The translations under genes were made by a program, and so were the position numbers. From NCBI GenBank assembly GCA_965237805.1, contig OZ250153.1, positions 320,001 to 384,000 of the forward strand: a DNA stretch of 64,000 nt, given 5' to 3'. Under the pieces are notes generated by a model. It saw only the letters and a program-made list of their open reading frames with translations, ran no database searches and was not told where the DNA came from. Source of the stretch: Gammaproteobacteria bacterium (GTDB lineage Bacteria > Pseudomonadota > Gammaproteobacteria > JABABF01). Numbering within the stretch: the first letter of the stretch is position 1; each line of letters begins with the position of its first letter. Below, in pieces: positions 58,917-64,000 of this stretch.

Positions 58917-59768
58917 CTAGCCCCCCGGATACGCTGCCTTGGCCAGCAGCTCCCGCGTCGCGCCAGCGCAGCGCTTGGCGGCCTCCACCGGCAGCAGCGC
59001 ACGCAGCTCCTCACTCAGCACCTCAACCGACACCGGTGCCACACAGCCGTCATCGCCCAGCAGCTGCAAGATCTCCACCAGTGGGATCTCACCCTCCCCC
59101 GGCAACAGGCGCTGCGCCATGGTCTCGTGCAGCAGCGGCAGCTCGCTGCTGGCTGGGGCATCGCTGAGCTGTAGCGCCCCCACCGCCGCGCCCAGCCCCG
59201 CCAGCTCGGCCAGCTCGCTGCCGCCGCGTTGGAAATGCCAAGAATCGAAGAGCAGGCGCACATTGGGCTGCCCCGCCTGCCGCAGCCACTGGCGAGCCAC
59301 CGCCACATCGGGGCAGCCGGTCCATGGTAGGAACTCCAGATTGACATCCAAGCCGCGTGCTGCCCAGCGCTGCCCCAAGCTCGCCAGCGCCGCCCCGGCG
59401 GCGGCGACACTTGGCGCACCCTCGGTCGGTAGGGCGCAGGTTAGTGCCGCGCCGCCCAATATCTCATACAGCTCGACAAAGTGCCGCTCCTCGATACCAG
59501 CAACCCATGGATGATCGGGTGGCGGGCCGCCATCGGCCTCAGGCAACCAGTCCATCAGCGCCTCCAGATCGGTCAATTGCACCTCGCAATCCTCCAACAG
59601 ACGGCGCGCCGAAGCGGCATCAAAACCCTCCTGCTGCGCTTGGATCCAATCGGCGGGGCGCAGAATCACACCGTTGAAGCCCGCCGCGCCAGCGGCTTCG
59701 ACGCGATCTCTAAAGCCATGCCCCGCCAAGCAGCTCAGGCAGAGGCTCAGGGTCTCAGCTGGCAACAT
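58917..59768 (-). CDS. Sugar phosphate isomerase/epimerase (xylose-isomerase-like TIM barrel)
   Basis: AAGAAGF, LEFLPW, FDSWHF.RGG, QLSDA, RLLPGEG, SVEVLS. Confidence 0.85.
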   Translation of the reverse strand: MLPAETLSLCLSCLAGHGFRDRVEAAGAAGFNGVILRPADWIQAQQEGFDAASARRLLEDCEVQLTDLEALMDWLPEADGGPPPDHPWVAGIEERHFVELYEILGGAALTCALPTEGAPSVAAAGAALASLGQRWAARGLDVNLEFLPWTGCPDVAVARQWLRQAGQPNVRLLFDSWHFQRGGSELAELAGLGAAVGALQLSDAPASSELPLLHETMAQRLLPGEGEIPLVEILQLLGDDGCVAPVSVEVLSEELRALLPVEAAKRCAGATRELLAKAAYPGG

Positions 59769-59802
59769 GTCTCATTCTCCCAACAGTGCAGTCGGCTTGC
59801 GC

Positions 59803-61068
59803 TCAGTGCTGACTGTAGCGCTCGATTTCACCGTCCAACCAACGCAGCTGCCAGCGGTTGTCCGGCACGCAGTCGGCGCGCATCTGCTGCAGGGCAGCCA
59901 GCATGGCGGCACACGCGGCGGCATGCTCTGGGGTGGCGGCCAGCGCCACCTCGGCCAAATGCACGGCGCGCTCGAGCTCGCCGGCAACCAAGGCCGCAGC
60001 GGAGCGCTCGGCGAGCACATCGGCCCCGGCCAACTCGCCCAGCTCGGCGTAGATATCGCGCGCTGGCACCGAATACATCTCGGTGACCGAATCCAAGCGG
60101 AACCAGCCCAGATAGCCCTCATAGATGGAGCGTACCAGCCACGGCACCGTGGCGTAACTCTGCCCCACCTCCAGCGCATCGGGCAGCTCGATGCCGCGCA
60201 TCGCCTCGTACATGCCCTGCCCGGCGTTCATCGCCGCCACGGTCTGCTCGTGCACATAGCTGACGGCATCGCGCAGGCGACTCAGCTCGTCGCGGATGAG
60301 CGCACGCCCCTCGATGGGCTTGAAATGCCCGGTCAGCAGCAGCTCGGGCTCCAAGGCCAGCACCCGCTCGCAAATGTCCAGATAGGGCAAGACGAAGCGC
60401 ATGCGATCGCCACGCGGCGTGCACAGATTGGGCAAATGCGGGAACAGCGGGCCAAAGGCGTTGCCGGTGAACAGCACATCGCGCTGCGGCAAATGGATCA
60501 TGCTCGAATCCAAGGTCTCGCCACCGGGCAGCCATTCGATGCGACACTGCAGCCCGCCCAGTTCGAACTCGTAGTCGCGCTCGAAGTAGACATCGGGTTT
60601 GGCCACTGCCTGCACCTCGCTGTGACCCAATGCCTCGGCGCGTTTTTGAGCCTCAGTCATGGCCGCGATCATCTCGCCGTAGAAGCGAATCGAGCCGTGT
60701 ACTCGGGCCCCCATGGTCAGCGCATCGAAGCGCTGGTGCTCGTCGGTATTGTGGTTGGCCACCAAAATGGCATCGGGGTGAGCCGCCTTGAACAGCCCGC
60801 TGCCGCCGACATGATCGACATGGCCCTGAGTCAACAGGATGTAGCGAATCGGCCCTTGACTGAGCTGCTCGTAGCAGTGCTTGTGCACCGGCGATTCGAC
60901 ACCGAGACCGGTGTTGATCAGCACATCGCCGTCCGGCGTGGTGATCAGATAGCTGTTGCTCGCCCCCTCGGAAAGATAGATGCCATCGGCCACCTGCAGC
61001 GCTGTCTCCTGCGTGGCCAACGCGATGGAGAGCGAGCCGGGGCGACTGCGCGCCAAGTCAGTCAACAT
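59803..61068 (-). CDS. Alkyl/aryl-sulfatase-like metallo-beta-lactamase fold protein
   Basis: SNSYLITTPDG, LTQGHVDHVGG, PGGET.D, PNL.T.RGD..R, LLTGH, R.IYEGY.GWF, dimerisation helices. Confidence 0.8.
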   Translation of the reverse strand: MLTDLARSRPGSLSIALATQETALQVADGIYLSEGASNSYLITTPDGDVLINTGLGVESPVHKHCYEQLSQGPIRYILLTQGHVDHVGGSGLFKAAHPDAILVANHNTDEHQRFDALTMGARVHGSIRFYGEMIAAMTEAQKRAEALGHSEVQAVAKPDVYFERDYEFELGGLQCRIEWLPGGETLDSSMIHLPQRDVLFTGNAFGPLFPHLPNLCTPRGDRMRFVLPYLDICERVLALEPELLLTGHFKPIEGRALIRDELSRLRDAVSYVHEQTVAAMNAGQGMYEAMRGIELPDALEVGQSYATVPWLVRSIYEGYLGWFRLDSVTEMYSVPARDIYAELGELAGADVLAERSAAALVAGELERAVHLAEVALAATPEHAAACAAMLAALQQMRADCVPDNRWQLRWLDGEIERYSQH

Positions 61069-61207
61069 GAACGCATCCTATAGTCTCTCTGGGATCGGGC
61101 AATAATAGTCTAAAGCCCACCGCTCATACGCGCATCGCGCACAGCTACCATGCCGCCCCCGCTTGCAACACAATAGGATGCGCCCGCGGCGCTGTGAAGG
61201 GACACCG

Positions 61208-61696
61208 ATGCTCTACTGCCATTCAATCGACACGCCGATCGGCGGACTGTGGCTGGTCGCCGATCGGCGACAACTGCGCTGCGTGCTGTTGCCTCGACAC
61301 GGCACAGCGCAGCCCATCTCCTCCAGCTGGCAATGCGAGCAGACCCCACTGCTGCGCCGAGCCGCGGCCCAATTCCGCGCCTGGTTCCGCGACCCCCGGC
61401 AGCGCTTCGAGCTGCCGCTGCCGCCACCACAGCAGCGCGGCACCCCATTCCAGTGCCAGGTGTGGGATGCGATCGCCGCCATCCCCTGCGGGGAGAGTGC
61501 CAGCTACGGCGAGCTGGCGCAGGGGATCGGCGCAGCGCGCGCCGCCCGCGCTGTCGGCAGCGCCTGCGGTGCCAATCCACTGCCGCTGATCGTGCCCTGC
61601 CACCGCGTGCTGCGCGCCGACGGCAGCCTAGGGGGCTTCAGTGGCGGCGATCTGGACACCAAAGCGGCACTGCTCGCCATGGAAGCTGAGCGATGA
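61208..61696 (+). CDS. ogt: Methylated-DNA--protein-cysteine methyltransferase
   Basis: GTPFQ..VW, SYGELA, ARAVG.A...NP, VPCHRV. Confidence 0.93.
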   Translation: MLYCHSIDTPIGGLWLVADRRQLRCVLLPRHGTAQPISSSWQCEQTPLLRRAAAQFRAWFRDPRQRFELPLPPPQQRGTPFQCQVWDAIAAIPCGESASYGELAQGIGAARAARAVGSACGANPLPLIVPCHRVLRADGSLGGFSGGDLDTKAALLAMEAER

Positions 61697-62379
61697 AGAC
61701 AGAGATCGACTGGGAGCGCGGCGACACGCTGCTCTTGGACATGGATGGCGTGCTGCTGGATCTGCACTTCGACAACCACTTCTGGCACCGCTACCTGCCA
61801 CGCCGCTACGGTCGCCGCCACGGCCTCAGCACTGCCACCGCACGGGCCGAGCTGGAGCGGCGCTACGCCGCCGTGCGCGACCAGCTGGACTGGTACTGCG
61901 TGGAGTACTGGAGCCGCGAGCTGGACATGGATGTGCTGGGCATGAAGCGCCATCTGCGCCGCCGCATCAAGCTGCGTCCTGGAGCGCGGCGCTTCCTCGC
62001 CGCCCTCAAGCAGCGGGGCGTGCGCCACCATCTGCTCAGCGATGCCCACCCCACCGTGATCGCGCTGAAGCTGGAACAGCTGGGGCTGGCCCATCAATTC
62101 GACTCGATTCACAGCTCGCACGACATCGGCAGCCCCAAGCAGACAGCTGCATTCTGGAGCGGATTAGCTGATCAGCTGACATTCGAGGCCGACCGCAGCG
62201 TGCTGATCGACGACACCGAGGCGGTGCTGGATGCCGCCGCCGATGTTGGCATCGGCCAGCTGTTCACCGTGCGGCGACCGGACAGCGCCAAGCCGCGCCG
62301 CCGCCACAGCCGCTTCCCGATGCTGGGACGCTTGGCACCGCCGCCGTCACGGACACTGACACCGCCATCTGCACCGTGA
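61693..62379 (+). CDS. yrfG: GMP/IMP nucleotidase (YrfG-like HAD)
   Basis: DTLLLDMDGVLLDLHFDNHFW, LDWYC..YWS, SSHD.G.PK, IDD. Confidence 0.85.
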   Translation: MKTEIDWERGDTLLLDMDGVLLDLHFDNHFWHRYLPRRYGRRHGLSTATARAELERRYAAVRDQLDWYCVEYWSRELDMDVLGMKRHLRRRIKLRPGARRFLAALKQRGVRHHLLSDAHPTVIALKLEQLGLAHQFDSIHSSHDIGSPKQTAAFWSGLADQLTFEADRSVLIDDTEAVLDAAADVGIGQLFTVRRPDSAKPRRRHSRFPMLGRLAPPPSRTLTPPSAP

Positions 62380-62490
62380 ACACGGTGAACACGGGCGCAG
62401 CATGACACTTGCACACGGTGACAGCGCCTCATACCATGAGCCTTGTCTCCGCAGACACCTTCAATTTTCGATCGCCACAGGCATCACATC

Positions 62491-63324
62491 ATGGATTTAG
62501 GGCTTCAAGACAAGACCGTCATCATCACTGGCGGCAGCGGCGGCATCGGCCGCGGCTTGGTGCTGGAGTTTGCCCGCGAAGGCTGCCATGTGATCAGCGC
62601 CTCGCGCGATACCAAGCAAGGTGGCTTGCTCATCGCTGAAGCGCTGGCACAAAAGCTGCCCGGCAAAGTGCTGGCGGTCGGAACCGATGTCACCGACAGG
62701 GCCTCTGTCGATGCGATGATCGAGCGCTGCCACAGCGAGTTTGGCAGCGTCGATGTGCTGGTCAATAATGCCGGTGGGGTGGCGCAGGCCTCCCCGATTG
62801 ACAGCTTGTCAGAGGAAAATCGCAACTGGGAGATCAAACTCAACATCGATGGCGTGGTGAACTGCTGCCAAGCGGTATCCAAAGACATGCTCGGCAGCCA
62901 ATCGGGCAGCATCATCAACATCTCTTCCAATTCATCGCTGCTGGGGGAAGCGGCGGCCAATGTCGCCCATTACGGCGGTGTCAAAGGCTTTGTCAATTCA
63001 TTCTCCAAGAGCTTGGCGTGGGAGTGGGCCAAATCCGGGGTGCGCGTCAACAACATCTGCCCCGGCTGGATCGTGCCTTATAAAGAAGAGGAAGTGGGCG
63101 AAGGCAGCTTTTGGAAGCGCTTTGGTTTTGAGCAGATCGGCCGACCAGACGACATGCAAAAGGCATTGGAGGAAGGCACCCTGTACAACATGAGCGGCCT
63201 GCCGATCCCGCGCTTGGGGCGACCCGAAGACATCGCCTACTTGACGATGTTTTTAGCCGCCGATGTCTCGAGTTATATCACCGGGCAGCTGATCAGTGTG
63301 AGTGGGGGGGCTTATATGCCTTGA
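62491..63324 (+). CDS. Short-chain dehydrogenase/reductase
   Basis: TGGSGGIG, VNNAGG, NISS, YGGVK, RVNNICPG, ITGQ.ISVSGG. Confidence 0.92.
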   Translation: MDLGLQDKTVIITGGSGGIGRGLVLEFAREGCHVISASRDTKQGGLLIAEALAQKLPGKVLAVGTDVTDRASVDAMIERCHSEFGSVDVLVNNAGGVAQASPIDSLSEENRNWEIKLNIDGVVNCCQAVSKDMLGSQSGSIINISSNSSLLGEAAANVAHYGGVKGFVNSFSKSLAWEWAKSGVRVNNICPGWIVPYKEEEVGEGSFWKRFGFEQIGRPDDMQKALEEGTLYNMSGLPIPRLGRPEDIAYLTMFLAADVSSYITGQLISVSGGAYMP

Positions 63325-63397
63325 GGGGTGGGGGGGATGGTGATAGACTAGTCGCAAGGCTTTAGATTTCCGCACCTTATGGAGGACAGATTGAGAT

Positions 63398-64000
63398 ATG
63401 AGCGCTCGCCCGAAAGTTCCGAGAAATAGTGAACGCCAGCTATGGAGTGAATCCATGGGCTATTGCGCAAACCCCAAATGCAACACACGCCTGCTCCTTG
63501 AAAGTTCAACGAAATCCATTGCGCATATGGCGCATATTAAGCCGCATTCACAACATGGTGCTGACTCCCATGAAAACCTCATTTTGCTCTGCAGGAACTG
63601 TCACAAGCAACATGAACCTGCCGATTACCCCGAAGCAGAGACAACCCTAAGGGAGTGGAAAATAAATCTCCCCCAGAGAAACGCAAGCCATTTCGCAGTG
63701 AAGTTCAATACATTTGATGATTTAGCCGAACAGGTTCGCCCACTATTTTCAAGGAATTATCAGATTTTCAGGAATTACGGGCCACATACTAATGATCATG
63801 ATGCGCACAAAATTTGGAAGCGTTTTGAGGAGGAATTGATTGCAAACAATGCGATGCTCCAACTTCATCTCAGAGAGAACATTGATCTGTTCAACTCATC
63901 GGATAAAAATGTGATTAACAGCTTTATCATACATGTCGATGAATTCACCAATACCAGAGTGGGATTCAATGGTATGAGGAAGAAATTATTTCCCAATAAA
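63398..64000 (+). CDS. HNH endonuclease domain protein, AT-rich; runs off the window end; not in the ORF track
   Basis: Hand translation is open to the end: MSARPKVPRNSERQLWSESMGYCANPKC...MAHIKPH...HENLILLCRNCHKQ...LREWK...IFRNYGP...KKLFPNK. Confidence 0.85.
   Translation, partial: MSARPKVPRNSERQLWSESMGYCANPKCNTRLLLESSTKSIAHMAHIKPHSQHGADSHENLILLCRNCHKQHEPADYPEAETTLREWKINLPQRNASHFAVKFNTFDDLAEQVRPLFSRNYQIFRNYGPHTNDHDAHKIWKRFEEELIANNAMLQLHLRENIDLFNSSDKNVINSFIIHVDEFTNTRVGFNGMRKKLFPNK

Noticed and set aside
62375-62420. Short GTGAACACG repeats after yrfG
   Set aside because: Only two 9-bp copies plus a partial one; too short to support a function.

Overview
This is a GC-rich gammaproteobacterial chromosome segment with Pseudomonadales-like synteny (rpsP-rimM-trmD-rplS-xerD-dsbC-hom-thrC-recJ; gltX-tRNA-Ala; scpA-scpB-rluB; bamD/rluD-pgeF-clpB; ilvIH). 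Membrane-anchored TPR and Sel1 repeat proteins and a ketosteroid isomerase hint at a host-associated lifestyle such as a marine invertebrate symbiont (inference only). The most striking block is 38614-51397. It holds 15 intact, tightly coupled genes of a PFGI-1/ICEclc-type (MPF_G) type IV secretion apparatus. The coupling protein, lytic transglycosylase, PilL and some accessory genes are cleanly absent from their canonical positions, and no relaxase, integrase or att site is visible in the window, so it may be a domesticated, non-conjugative secretion machine. Other highlights: a 141-bp-unit TPR array gene, a 27-aa basic peptide and an HNH nuclease, all missed by the ORF track; an MNIO (DUF692) RiPP operon with an acidic EGSCG precursor; a plant RGP/UDP-arabinose-mutase-like gene beside a decayed fcl; and a long-form ilvC in inverted orientation. 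Several single-base homopolymer frameshifts look like long-read sequencing errors. All family calls come from recognising motifs by eye, not from database searches.
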